Shown: positions 13,936 to 27,750, numbered from the stretch's first letter. The stretch: DNA of 64,000 nucleotides from Eledone cirrhosa (GCA_964016885.1 OZ024751.1:23126001-23190000), one strand, 5' to 3'. The notes: generated by a model from the letters alone, not told the origin. Translations and numbers: made by a program.

Positions 13936-14919
13936 AGATAGATAGATAAATAGATAGATTGATGAAAGAGAAAGTTAGATAGTGATGACATACATAATGG
14001 TTTGTGGTATGGTTATTTATTGTTCTCGGCATTTATTATTTGTTATTGCGTGATACTGTCAGGTTTTCAGGAAAAATATTTGGATGTTTAAATGGAAAAA
14101 AACAAATATACCTGTAACGTATATCTAAGAATACATCAAATATTCGGACCATAAACTAACCAGATCGATATAATTAGCTTTTAGCTCCTGGCTTTCGTCT
14201 TTTATGGCATTGAGTTGATGGGATCAAACATTTATTTCCTTCTTAAGATACGGTTTTCGTTTATCGCAGGTATGAAGATAGGAATCAATTTCTTAGTTTG
14301 TCATTGAGGGAAGATCCGTTATTATTCTTAGGTTAGAGATCTAAGTATTTAACCATTTATCAGTTCATCTATCCTTCTAACCATCTAACTATCTAACCAT
14401 CCACACATCGATCCAACGAACCCTCTATCCAACCAACCAACCAGCCACCCAACCAGCCATCCATCTAACTAGCCAACCATCTAGACATCCATCCTTCCAT
14501 ACACACACCTATATATATATATGAATGAAAATAACGAGGATTAAATTACATTAAATAATTTAATGTAATTTAATCTTGGTTATTTTTATTCATTTTATAT
14601 ATGCTCTGTGATATTATAAAACCACTGTGATTGGAAATTTACCGATTGGATTAAACTCTGAACTATCTTTTACCTATCTTGCCGTGGACTATAAAATCAC
14701 ATTTGAGCTTTGAAATATTCTTTGCCTTTGTATGGTTGCGTTATCAACTCATTGAAACTATTATATATATATATATATATATAGGTTATAAGTTTATGGA
14801 AGCGTAAAGACGTAATTAAAATTTATCAGTGATAAAAAGTAAAATATAACGTTCAGTAACTATAGATATTTTACAAAATATCATACATTATATATATATA
14901 TATTACGAAAACAACTAAC

Positions 14920-15161
14920 CAATTTTACAACCCCTGACATATCAGCTTCAGTGTAAGTTCCATAATATCCAACAGTTGATTTAAATATTGGTTCGTTATC
15001 GTTGATATCTTCCACTATGACCTTCACTGTGGTGCTGACTGTATGTGTTGGGGCACCGATGTTTATCACAGATACACTGAATATATATTGATCTTGTTGT
15101 TCACGGTCCAGAATTGATTGGGTTTCTATCACACCGGTTTCAGGGTTGATCGTAAACATAC
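14920..15161 (-). CDS. Giant cadherin, exon A3
   Basis: atag| acceptor, |GTTAGT donor, 242 nt, phase 1-0; FTINPETGVI...LDRE...VEDINDNEP. Confidence 0.9.
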
Positions 15162-15572
15162 CTATAAGAACAAAAAAAAAAAAATTCCCAAACAAAAAAA
15201 AAAAACATTAGTTCAAAGAACAACAAAAAAAAAAAAATTAGAAATAAAACAATAATTAACCACACACACACACATACATACACACAAACACACACATACG
15301 CACACTCAATGGCCGCCACTCATAATCGAGGACTTGATTTATAATTTAGGCACAAGGTAATTTAGGGGAAGGGTTTGTCGATTAAATCTGCCCCAGTGCG
15401 TTACTGGTACTTTATTTTATCGACCCCCAGAAGAACGAAAGGCAAAGTCGACCTCAGTGGGATTTGAACTCAGAATGAAAATAGCCAGAACAAATACCAC
15501 AATGGCATTTTATCCGACGCTCTACCAATTCTGCCAATTAACCACCCTATATATATACACATAATTGATTAC

Positions 15573-15854
15573 CTGTAATATCTGATATGACGTAGATAAT
15601 TTCCTCATGTGGATTTTGATCCGCATCTGGATCTGTCACTGTAATCACACCTATTTCAGAGCTGGCTGTGTTGTTTTCTTTGACAAAGAAAACATAGGAG
15701 TCATTCACAAGTGGAGGTTTGTTCAGCACCACACGTATTCTCACCTTTGCGAAGCCGTATAGACTTGGTTCACCGGTGTCAAAAGCTTGGATAACAAGGT
15801 TGTATTCTTCACCCTGTGTGTTGTCTGTTAGGTTGCTGGAGACGTATAATTCAC
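15573..15854 (-). CDS. Giant cadherin, exon D2
   Basis: ccag| acceptor, G|GTAATC donor, 282 nt, phase 1-1; GELYVSSNL...AFDTGEP...VLNKPP...VTDPD. Confidence 0.9.
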
Positions 15855-15918
15855 CTGGAAGGATATAAATGTAACAAAAAAAGCAAAAAAAAAAAAAAAA
15901 AAAAAGCAGAATGAAAAA

Positions 15919-15947
<29 letters not shown>

Positions 15948-15949
<2 letters not shown>

Positions 15950-16300
15950 GATATTAAATAAATGGAAACTATATTTATAAAACCATATCTATTTCATTAT
16001 ATATATTTCAGGGATATCATATTAACTGCCAAATCAACCTCACAAATGCAAGGTGATTGAAAGGTATGTCGTATCTATTTATTTATAAGACTGTTTATAT
16101 TGTATTTTGTCTGAAGATGGCATAACATATTGTTAATATGATATCCCTGAAATATATATAACGAAATAAATATGGTTTTATAAATATAGTTTCCATTTAT
16201 TTAATATCATAAATATACTCCAAATACTTGTTGAGTGCTTTTATATCAGTTATAAATATTTACTCGTTGTTAACCCAACAATTTAAATATAACTTTCCAT
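15948..16300 (+). mobile_element. Hammerhead-bearing short element with 5' inverted segment, in (TA)n
   Basis: About 75-bp inverted repeat 15950-16024/16134-16210; tail homologous to 21130-21180 and, inverted, to 29680-29830. Confidence 0.7.
16103..16168 (+). ncRNA. Type-I hammerhead ribozyme motif (AUA family, stem II base eroded)
   Basis: UAUUUUGU-CUGAAGA-stem II-GAAA-UAUAUA-UA-ACGAAAUA; U.U at base of stem II. Confidence 0.65.
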
Positions 16301-16502
16301 GTATATATATATATATATATTTTTATATATATTATAGAATCGGGACCCGACGGCTGAACTCTTGCTGTTTCAACAGCTAGTTTCAGACCCTTTATAATAT
16401 AACCATATTCCACTACCCAAAGTATCGAGTACTCTGTTAAGTAATGGTCTAACAAGTATCAAACGGAATCTATCCTGATATATATATATATATATCTATA
16501 TA

Positions 16503-16659
<157 letters not shown>

Positions 16660-16686
16660 ATATATATATATATATATCTATATCTA

Positions 16687-16731
<45 letters not shown>

Positions 16732-17629
16732 CGAAGGAAGTATGGTAAGGAACCAGATGGACTATATATATATATATATATAACGAAGGAGTTGTGGTAA
16801 GGAATCAGATGGACCATAACGCACCAGAGTACTCAATACTTAGGATAGTAGAGTGGGCAATAGGAAAATGTATGACCCCGACGGCAGAGCTCAAGCCGTT
16901 TCGACGGCTATTTCCGTCCAGAAATAGCCGTCGAAACGGCTTGAGCTCTGCCGTCGGGGTCATACATTTTCCCATATATATATATAGTTCAAGGAGATAA
17001 CAAACAAAGGTGCAAAATGTCTTATTAGTTTCGCGCTTTATATTGGAAAAAGGAAAGAAAGTTCGATGTGTCGGGTTTAAGCCCTTCTTCAGGAGTAGAA
17101 ATAGAGCAAACCATACTCGAGGACGCGCGTTTCACCCAACGGATTCTCAACTCGAGTGAGGTTGTGCTGAAAATGGAAGTGTATATGAGCCGACTGGTCT
17201 TATATATCTTTTAAATATTTTAAACTAATATATAGGTATCGACCTCAGAAGGATGAAAGGCAAAGTTGAACTCAAGCCATAAATTTGCCGCGTTTGAAGC
17301 GTTAAAGAATATTAAAAAGAAAAAAAAAATCAATACCAGAATGAAATGGCATCAAATATTTATTTATCTATTTATCTATTTATCTATTTATTTATTTATT
17401 TTTTTTTATATGTAAAGTAATATTTTATTTCAAAATACTCAAATATATTTCTAGGATAAAATTACATAAAAATAATAAAGAATTTTATATATATATATAT
17501 GGGAAAGAATTTTATATTTATATTTAGTGAAACATACAGAGAAAGAAAGCAGCATTGCAAAAGACTATAAATGTTATTAGAGGAAAGCGAAGGAAAGGGC
17601 AAAGGTTATTAGACAACGAAAGAAAGGGA

Positions 17630-18030
17630 GAAGGGGAGAGGGTGACAGACTTTACACCTAAATCAAAGGTAGTTATTTTTTACCCCTAATTAGCCTTACA
17701 TGGCTAATAATAAAAGGGGAAGAGGGTGGCAGATTCTACATCTAAATCAGAAGTTGTTACTTACCTGTAATTAGCCCTGCGTGGTGAATAAAAAAGGAGA
17801 GAGGGTTATAGACTCTATACCTAAGTTAGAGATTGTTATTTACCTGTAATTAGCCCTGCGTGGCGAATAAAAAACGGGGGATAAAGTGACAGACTCTACA
17901 CCTAAGTCAGGTGTTGTTACTTTTTACCTGTGATTATCTCTGTGAGGCTAATAAAAGAGGGGAGGGGGTGATAGACTCTACATCTAATTCAGAGGTTGTT
18001 ATGTTTTACCTGCGATTAATTACCTGCGTG
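17630..18030. repeat. Diverged tandem repeat of about 80 bp, about 5 copies
   Basis: gagggtgacagactctacacctaa.tcaga.gttgtta.ttacctgtaattagccctgcgtgg. Confidence 0.8.
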
Positions 18031-18057
18031 ACTAATAACAAATAAATCATTATTTAC

Positions 18058-18301
18058 CTGTGATGAAATCAACTCCAAACTTGCCAGCTGATCCTTGAAT
18101 CAATACATATAGAACTCTGTTGTTCCTTCTGGTGGCGTCACCATCTTCTGCTTGGACCTTACCAAATTTAGTACCAATAGAACTAAGGGGTCCCACTTGG
18201 TAGGAATAATTCTTGGGAAATATTGGTGGATTGTCGTTAATGTCTTCTACAGTAATAACCAGCTTCGACTTATTTCGATATTTTCCATCGAACACCCCGA
18301 C
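18058..18301 (-). CDS. Giant cadherin, exon C2
   Basis: caag| acceptor, G|GTAAAT donor, 244 nt, phase 0-1; VEDINDNPPIF...AEDGD...GKFGVDFITG. Confidence 0.9.
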
Positions 18302-18444
18302 CTTGACAGGCGAATTGGGAAGAGACAGAATAGAAAACTTTATATATATGTATGTATATATGTATGTATGTGTGTATGTACTCTATTTATGCGTGTGTTT
18401 TATACGCATACGCATATACATACACCTCTCTTTCTTTCCCTCTC

Positions 18445-18482
<38 letters not shown>

Positions 18483-18631
18483 GTATAATAAACAACACAG
18501 TATAATTACCCAATTACCCGAGGTTTCCCGAACAGGGCGAACACAAGAGACGTCCGCATTCGTTCGTCAGACGAAGCTCTGTAACTTACACAGAGCACTC
18601 TTCATTCCTTTTACTTTTTCACGGAAACTTC

Positions 18632-18699
<68 letters not shown>

Positions 18700-19087
18700 T
18701 CACAGGAATCAAAGTTATGTTCAAACCATTTATTAGCTTACAATTGTTTCATCCAAACGGAGGCTTGGAGTCTTCGGAGCATTATTTAATGTTTGTATAC
18801 ATTCATGACCTCCTTTCCAACGCAAGATACATACAGATACATATGTATATATTGATGCACAGTGGGTGACATATATTATATTATTTCTGAATGGCAATTT
18901 AAATGCAAAAATTGTTTGGGGTTTAAAATATATATAACTATAAAAAGTTTTAGTATATACATAACCATAAATAGTATCCTTAATACTATATATATATATA
19001 TATATATATATAACGAAGGAAATGTGGTAAGGAACCAGGTGGACCATAACGCACCAAAGTACTCAATACTTAGGGTAGTAGAGTAGG

Positions 19088-19148
<61 letters not shown>

Positions 19149-19433
19149 AGTGTGTGTGTGTGCGTGTATATACATATATAAGCCATATATAAAAGCCATA
19201 TTTTCTCTATATATATATATCTTATAATTTGAATTATTGATGCTCTGGGAAAACATCCATTAACCTTTTCCACTGAGAAACATAATAATCATACATATTA
19301 TGTGTTATGATAGCTTAACTTAGTATATATATATATATATATATATAACGAAGGAGTTGTGGTAAGGAACTAGATGAACCATAACACACCAGAGTACTCA
19401 ATACTTAGGGTAGTAGAGTGGGTCATACTTTCT

Positions 19434-19470
<37 letters not shown>

Positions 19471-19626
19471 AAACCGAGCATTATAATAAATGTTCGGTAA
19501 AAACGATACGTACATATATATATGTGTGCATGTATGTATATATATACATACTACTTAACGTCTGTATACATATATGTATGTACGTATACATACTTAATTA
19601 TATATATATATTATATATATATATAA

Positions 19627-19695
<69 letters not shown>

Positions 19696-20146
19696 TATGT
19701 ATACGTACATACATATATGTATACAGACGTTAAGTAGTATGTATATATATACATACATGCACACATATATATATGTACGTATCGTTTTTACCGAACATTT
19801 ATTATAATGCTCGGTTTGTTTGTAAACAAACAAACAGCCCGAATTAAGCCGTACAGTGTTTAGCAATTCGGGCTGTTTGTTTACAAACAAACCGAGCATT
19901 TTAATAAATGTTCGGTAAAAACGATAGGTATATATATATATATGTGTATGCATGTATGTATATATATATACATACTACTGTACGTCTGTATACATATATG
20001 TATGTACGTATACATACTTATATTTAAGTAATAGCCGCACTAAGAGTGAGAAATGAAATTTCGTTTCCTTTTTTCCATTATATATATATATATGTATGTA
20101 TATATATATATTGTATATATATATATATACACGTGTGTGTATTTCA

Positions 20147-20177
<31 letters not shown>

Positions 20178-20195
20178 GACGGTATGATAGTTTAC

Positions 20196-20369
20196 CTCTA
20201 ATATGTATTTGCCTTGTTTCTCGGCATCAAACTTGGAAGACCTTTTAACTCTGATAATTCCTGTCTTGGGGTGAATCTTAAATAAAGAGGCATTGGTTCC
20301 CCTCAGGTAATATTCCACCTGTCTATTTACAGGATTCTTATCTTTATCTTCTGTTGAAAGACTGGGGCT
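20196..20369 (-). CDS. Giant cadherin, exon B2
   Basis: tcag| acceptor, |GTAAAC donor, 174 nt, phase 0-0; EDKD...FKIHPKTGIIRV...FDAE. Confidence 0.9.
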
Positions 20370-20943
20370 CTGAGAGAAAACAAAGAACAGAAAATATAAC
20401 AATAATAACAATAACAATAATTCTTTCTAAAATTGGTACAAGGCCAGCAATTTAGGGGAAGACGAAAAATCAATTATACTGTCTCTCAGTAAATAATGGG
20501 TACTTTATTTCATCGACCCCGGAAGCATGTAAGATAAAGTTGACCTCGGCGAGATTTGAATATACTGATGTAAAAATCTAAATTTTTATATTAATGAATT
20601 GTTTCTAATTAACTGTACAGGAACAACAATTTTTGGGAAGAAGAAAGTCGATTATATCGACACCTAGTACTTAACTGGTACTTTATTTTATCGACCCCGG
20701 AAGGATGTAAAGCACATTTGACCTCGGCATGATTTGAACCCAGATGGTAGAAAGTCGTAACTAAATACCGCAAAGCATTTTGTCTTCGAGTCTCTACTAA
20801 TACTAGCAATCCACTGCCCTCTAATAAAAACAACAGCGAAAAAGTGTCTATCGTTTGTCACAAGGACGAAAGATGCAACAACATTACTCCCCTCCCCCGC
20901 AAAAAAACCCCCAACAACCTTGGACAATATTTCGTTTAAAAGG

Positions 20944-21010
<67 letters not shown>

Positions 21011-21077
21011 TCCAGGAAAAACTTGAACAGTTAAAATCTCCTTCCTGGATATGTCAATATTTATAAAACAAACTTTG

Positions 21078-21138
21078 TATTTTATCTGATGAGAGCGTAC
21101 CAAAGTTTTGGTACCCTCGAAATATATATAATAGAATA
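21078..21138 (+). ncRNA. Type-I hammerhead ribozyme motif (AUA family, intact)
   Basis: UAUUUUAU-CUGAUGA-GAGCGUACCAA/UUGGUACCCUC-GAAA-UAUAUA-UA-AUAGAAUA; predicted cut after 21130. Confidence 0.82.
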
Positions 21139-21180
21139 AATATGGTTTTATAAATATAAGTTTCCATTTATTAATATCAT

Positions 21181-21323
<143 letters not shown>

Positions 21324-21426
21324 CGTGCGTGCGTGTGTGTGTGTGCGTCTGTGTGTGTATACAAACACACCCACACATTTGTATATTTAAAAAAAAACAC
21401 GTAATATATCTCCCTGAAGTACATAC

Positions 21427-21674
21427 CAAAGATATTATCAAGGGTTTGATATATGTCTGGTTTTCAACAACTGAAGCTCTATATATCTTAGAAGACAGTC
21501 TTGGCGGATTGTCATTGACATCTTCAACAACCACTGTAATGGTTGCTGTTGCTGTTGTAGGTGACGGATCGTTGTCAATGACTGTCACTTCAAGCTGGTA
21601 CGTTGACATGGCTTCTGTGTCCAACTCTGCTGTCGTTACGATGAAACCGGTCTTGTTTTTTATTTGGAATGGCA
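21427..21674 (-). CDS. Giant cadherin, exon A2
   Basis: ttag| acceptor, |GTATGT donor, 248 nt, phase 1-0; LDTE...VEDVNDNPP. Confidence 0.9.
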
Positions 21675-21844
21675 CTAAAAGACAATTTAAGAACTGAAAG
21701 AAATCATCATCAGAGAATCTAGCTGAAAACATCAAATACTATGACATGATTTAATAAAAGACAAGAAAGGAACCGATTGTCAGATCAGATCAAGGAAACA
21801 ATGTTTCCTCTAGTTTTTCCATAGAACACACACACACACACACG

Positions 21845-21931
<87 letters not shown>

Positions 21932-22573
21932 TTAGTTCCAGCTTCAGCTTCGATGTATATCTAATCTAATACTCTCTCTCTTTCTCTCGCTATATATATA
22001 TATATATATATATATATGGGTTCGAGTCCTGTAGATGATTATGTCCTTTTATTTTTTCGTTAAGGGGGCTGCTATGCCCTATTATTTAGATTACTTTACT
22101 ATAGTAAGAAATTAGATGATGCTTCTAACTTTCTTATATATATATATATATAGGATCGATCGACTTCAAATTGGACCGAGGAAACAATGTTTCCGTTGGT
22201 CTTACCAGTTGCTAGTACTATCTATCGGTCGCAACTCCAGGTAGAAGGAGCAACGTGAAATAAAGTGTCTTGCTCAAGGACATAACGCATCGTCTGGTTC
22301 AGGAATCGAACTCACAACCTCAAGATTGCGAATCCAATTCTCTAACCACTCAGCCACACACCTTCATATATATACACGCCTTCATGTATATATATATATA
22401 TACATTCCGACCCAGGTTAAAAACGCCCAAGGACGGTGCTGATATAACTTCTTCAAGCGTTAATGGGTCTTTTACCTACCTTATATATTAAAAAAATAAT
22501 CGACACTCTGCCATATTTTAAGTTGTTGTGGTTTAGTAGCACTGATAAATAATAATGGGTGTATTATACTTAC

Positions 22574-22855
22574 CACTTTGGTCACTAAGGACATACGTTA
22601 ATGTCTGGTTACTTTCTAGCGTTCCGTCTGGATCTGTCGCGTTTACTTTGCCAATTTTAGTTCCAATTTGAACACCTTCTGAGACATGGAAGATGTTATT
22701 CGGTGCAATGGTGACTGGCTTATTAATGGGCACATCAATTCTTACGATTGTCTTCGACGATAAAGATGGGTAACCAAAGTCCATAGCTCTGATATCTAAC
22801 TCATACAAACGTTTCTGTGGTTCCCTGTTTAAATCATCTGCAACTTTTATTTCAC
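22574..22855 (-). CDS. Giant cadherin, exon D1
   Basis: tcag| acceptor, G|GTAAGT donor, 282 nt, phase 1-1; GEIKVADDLNRE...AMDFGYP...VPINKP...ATDPD. Confidence 0.9.
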
Positions 22856-23382
22856 CTGAAAAAAAAAAGTAAAAAAGAAAACCAAACAAAATAATAATAA
22901 TGTAACAAAAAAGTAAGAAAAACAAAAGCGTGTTAGATCAACGAATAAAGATAATTTGAGGCAGGTATCAAGACAACTGTATGACAACGAATTGGCAAGG
23001 TCGTTAGAACGTCGGATAGAATACTTTGCGGTATTCGGTCCGGCTCTCTGAGTTCAAATCCCGCCGAGGTCAATTTTGCCTTTCATCTATTCGATGTCAA
23101 TAAAAAATGTACCAGTCAAGTACTGGGATCGATTCTTCCTCTATATAACTTTCTCACTTCCATTCTCTCTCTCTCTATTTTCTTTCCCAGGAAGAAATCT
23201 ACTGTTTATCAGACTTGGAGAGGAGATGGGTTCCACCAGGTTAAAAAAAAAAAGTGCCCTAAAAACGCCGTATGTCAATATGGCACTCCTACGACTCCCT
23301 TAGGAGTTACAGGAAGAAGAGAGAGAAGAGAAATCATGGCAACTATGGTCGCATTTAGCTGCATTGGTAAACGATAACATTT

Positions 23383-24055
23383 TTACACCACTGTATGAAT
23401 ACTTGGTTACACCACTGTATGAATACTTGGTTACACCACTGTATGAATACTTGGTTACACAACTGTATGAATACTTGGTTACACCACTGTATGAATACTT
23501 GGTTACACCAATGTATGAATACTTGGTTACACCACTGTATGAATACTTGGTTACACCACTGTATGAATACTTGGTTACACCAATGTATGAATACTTGGTT
23601 ACACCACTGTATGAATACTTGGTTACACCAATGTATGAATACTTGGTTACACCACTGTATGAATACTTGGTTACACAACTGTATGAATACTTGGTTACAC
23701 CACTGTATGAATACTTGGTTACACCAATGTATGAATACTTGGTTACACCACTGTATGAATACTTGGTTACACCACTGTATGAATACTTGGTTACACCACT
23801 GTATGACTACTTGGTTACACCAATGTATGAATACTTGGTTACACCACTGTATGAATACTTGGTTACACCAATGTATGAATACTTGGTTACACCACTGTAT
23901 GAATACTTGGTTACACCACTGTATGAATACTTGGTTACACCAATGTATGAATACTTGGTTACACCACTGTATGAATACTTGGTTACACCAATGTATGAAT
24001 ACTTGGTTACACCAATGTATGAATACTTGGTTACACCACTGTATGAATACTTGGT
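23383..24055. repeat. 24-bp minisatellite, about 28 copies
   Basis: tacacca(c/a)tgtatgaatacttggt. Confidence 0.95.
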
Positions 24056-24278
24056 ACAGGAACGTGACAAGATCTTCAGGGCTTGCCAAGACTGTCCTGC
24101 AGGGAACAGTACAAAGAGGGAGGAAGGGAGTCAGACAGAGATAGAGATGGTAGGACAACATCCCGGAATTGACAGGCATGAGGCTTGGCGCAGCCGGAGA
24201 GTCGAAAGAAATGGAAGCAGCGGGTTCCTAGGATATCTGTGGCGCCCCAACTATCCACCAGACTACCGGACAGATGAG
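24053..24278 (+). mobile_element. Short 5'-truncated RTE-type LINE 3' end with 10-bp TSD
   Basis: WYRNVTRSSGLAKTVLQGTVQRGRKGVRQR resembles the RTE C-terminus; TSD atgaatactt at 24043-24052 and 24279-24288. Confidence 0.75.
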
Positions 24279-24293
24279 ATGAATACTTATCAA

Positions 24294-24524
24294 GTAAATA
24301 GACAGGTGGAATATTACCTGAGGGGAACCAATGCCTCTTTATTTAAGATTCATCCCAAGACAGGAATTATCAGAGTTAAAAGGTCTTCCAAGTTTGATGC
24401 CGAGAAACAAGGCAAATACATATTAGAGGTAAACTATCATACCGTTGTTGTTGTTGTTGATAGTATTGTTTTGAAATACACACACGTGTATATATATATA
24501 TACAATATATATATATACATACAT
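24294..24524 (+). pseudogene. Inverted partial copy of cadherin exon B2, its donor site and flanking intron
   Basis: Reverse complement of about 20092-20330; the 135 exonic nt differ by one synonymous change (CAC/CAT); no acceptor end. Confidence 0.92.
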
Positions 24525-24977
24525 GATTATTAAAGCAACTAAGGACCCAGGGTTAGACAACATTTGGAGCTCCCAGTATCTGCTCGCAAAAAACTTAATG
24601 AAAATTAAAAATATATGAATATAAACCTCCTAAACCTCCTCATATGCCGACCTCTAAAATAGAAGTGATGTACCCTAAGTAAAATGATATAATGGTGGGG
24701 CGGTGGTATGGTTAAGGTGTCAATTATACCTACCCCAGTACTTGACTGGTACTACATTAATTTATCTACCTTGGAATGGTGAAATGAAAATTTTATCTGG
24801 ACGGAATTTGAACACAGAACATAAAGAACCGGAACGAATATTGCTAAGCATTTGTGCGATGCTCTACCGACTTTGCCAGCCATGTCTACCGCTCTTTATG
24901 GTAATGATAATACATAGTATAGTTCCGTGGATCGAACAACTGAATCTGTCATGAGATTCATAATCTTACATAAACTG

Positions 24978-25049
<72 letters not shown>

Positions 25050-25259
25050 ACACACACACACACACACACAACAACAACAACAACAACAACAAAAACTTCT
25101 TCTTCTTTTGACCCCCCACCCCGCAAAAAAAAGGAAAAATAATATTTTTCTTTTGAAAAAAAAAAAAAAATTTTTTTTTCTTTTCGTTATTTATTCGTTC
25201 TGAAGCGTAAAGGAATAGAATTAGATAGCGCAAGTGATGTCTGAGACGCTGTACCGATT

Positions 25260-25292
<33 letters not shown>

Positions 25293-25760
25293 GCACCTAC
25301 AAAGACAACAACAACAACAACAACAAAGACAACAACAACAACAGCAACAACAACAACAACAGCAACAAAGACAACAACAACAACAGCAGCAGCAACAAAG
25401 ACAACAACAACAACAACAGCAGCAACAACAACAAAGATAACAGCAACAACAACAGCAACAACAACAACAGCAACAGCAACAGCAACAAAGACAACAACAA
25501 CAGCAACAAAGACAACAACAACAGCAACAAAGACAACAACAACAACAACAACAACAATAACTACAGCAACAAAGACAACAGCAACAACAACAGCAACAAT
25601 AACAACAGCAACAACAGCAACAACACAAACGACAACAACCACAGAAAGGACAAGAAGAAGAACAACAAAGAAAATAGCAGCAAACGAAAGCAACAATAAC
25701 AACAACAACGGTAAGAATAATAATAATAATAATAATAATAATAAGAACAACAACAATGAC
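25260..25760. repeat. (CAA/CAG/TAA)n trinucleotide tract; similar (CAY)n at 40795-41180 and (GAT)n at 56880-57185
   Basis: Direct reading. Confidence 0.9.
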
Positions 25761-26160
25761 AATAAATGCCTGCTCTGTTCTATGTTTTGATATAGCAAGG
25801 AAGAACAAGATAGTTGTTACACGGTTGGGGGGGGGGGGGGGGGCAGAGGCGGTGTATTCTGTCTGTCCATTCCAATTTAGGTTTGATATCAGGAATTATA
25901 CGACCATTAAATGTAAAAAAAAATGTCTAAAAAGCGAAACAAAAAACGAAAACTGAAATAAAAACAAAGATAAAAATAAATGAGAAACGGTTTAGAATAA
26001 ATAAAAGTTTTCATAATAAAACAACAAAAACTTAGAGAAAGAATTTGATGTTCTTTGTCTACTATATATTTTATGTGTATGTATGCATGTATGTATGTAT
26101 GTATGTATGTATGTATGTATGTATGTATGTATGTATGTATGTATGTATGTATGTATGTAT

Positions 26161-26768
26161 ATGTCAGGTCACCAGTTGGTGCTACTGGTAACATGTATAC
26201 CAGTACAACCTGTCTCATGGTCGGGTCGTTGGCGACTAAACTGGCAGCCCCACCAAGGTTTCTTGGTGAGGAGGGTGACTTTGGACATCCTGCAGGACTA
26301 AAAACAAAACCTGTTAAAGGGCAAAGGAGCTCTTAAGAGTCAATGGCCATCCAAAATCACCGGGAGAGATGACCCCTTAGCCTTTGTCAAGGCAGAATTC
26401 TAGGAGAAGGAAAACTCTGATATAACACCTGCAACCCTGATGGTATCCAATGATGTTGACGTGTTCTTCTTTTTGGTAAATATCATCTTGGTTAAGAGAG
26501 TGGGACTGGCTTTGTGCAGTGCCTTTGCTCACTATAAAAGCTTCACGGCACAGGCATTGCTTTATATCTGGAGATCTCTCTGCACTTGTCGTCACATGGT
26601 ACCATGGGCCCAGCACTATGTGTCAATAATTGTCGTGTAGTGTTTGTACCAGAGTTTTCAAGTCGCTGGCTGGACTAAAAAGCCACACTCGTTCAGCGCA
26701 TCGGTAGGGGTTCTCCTACATGGATATAAAGTAGTGGCCGTACTCGAAAACGAGTTGGCAGCCACCAT
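26161..26768 (+). mobile_element. About 600-bp interspersed repeat, probably a non-autonomous retroelement; copies at 37277-37663 (+), 51823-52433 (-), 6347-6540 (-, partial)
   Basis: High pairwise identity; copies flanked by (TATG)n or (TA)n. Confidence 0.75.
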
Positions 26769-27083
26769 ATATGTATATATATGTGTGTGTGTGTGTACAC
26801 ACACACATATATATATATATAAATATGCGCACACCCACACTCTTATGAATTATACATATATATAATTATAAATATATATATATTTTTTTCTTATGTTACT
26901 GACATCTTTACTTTTCATATCTTTAGTGAAAAATAAAATAAACAACAAACAAAAAACAAAACATCAACAAAACTAAAAAACATATCACTTGTGGAATTAC
27001 ATTTAAAAAAAAAACATTTGTAAGTATTTACGTGTATGTGCTTCTCTGACCACCCCCAACCACCCCCTCCACACACACACATA

Positions 27084-27126
<43 letters not shown>

Positions 27127-27175
27127 TTACTTTCTCATCTCGCGTGTCTATATTTTTCTTGGTGCTATGCTTGCT

Positions 27176-27206
<31 letters not shown>

Positions 27207-27379
27207 CGTCCTTTCACGCACAAGGCGCCAAGGTACGCATGTATTGTCCAACCAAGTGCCAGTGTGGTTCAATGGCGGGTTAATAAATTAACGAGCCAGA
27301 ACAAATATAAACAAGGTTTAGTAAATAATGAAAAAGTTTCAAAATAAATTTTAAAAAATTGACTTTACCTACTATAGTT

Positions 27380-27463
27380 ACCTTTACCGATCGGTTTCGA
27401 ATCCCAAAAATAAAACGGAGACCATACGGCCTTCGTTGCAAAGAGAGATTCTCGTCAGAAGGT
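27380..27463 (-). ncRNA. Type-I hammerhead ribozyme motif (left arm of fold-back)
   Basis: Exact reverse complement of 27667-27750. Confidence 0.82.
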
Positions 27464-27666
27464 TCTTTTCATTCAAAGAATATAAAATTCTTGAATTTAA
27501 ATCACAAACTAGCGCTATCAAAGACTGTTCCTGGGATGAGAGTGGATGATGTAGAACAGGTTTATCAAGGGCCGTAGTAAAGATAGAGGCAGATCCCAGG
27601 AACAGTCTTTGATAGCGCTAGTTTGTGATTTAAATTCAGGAATTTTATATTCTTTGAATGAAAAGA

Positions 27667-27750
27667 ACCTTCTGACGAGAATCTCTCTTTGCAACGAAGG
27701 CCGTATGGTCTCCGTTTTATTTTTGGGATTCGAAACCGATCGGTAAAGGT
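27667..27750 (+). ncRNA. Type-I hammerhead ribozyme motif (right arm of fold-back)
   Basis: ACCUU-CUGACGA-GAAUCUC...GGGAUUC-GAAA-CCGAUCGG-UA-AAGGU; palindromic stem III; predicted GUA cut after 27745. Confidence 0.85.

Noticed and set aside
23355-24533. 389-aa plus-strand ORF with EYLVTPLY repeats fused to cadherin sequence
   Set aside because: Chance read-through of a 24-bp minisatellite, an out-of-frame RTE fragment and the inverted exon copy; no splice or promoter support.
25234-25808. PolyQ, polyC and polyV ORFs (also His/Asp-rich ORFs at 40667-41095 and 56819-57317)
   Set aside because: Trinucleotide tracts with no exon boundaries or complex sequence.
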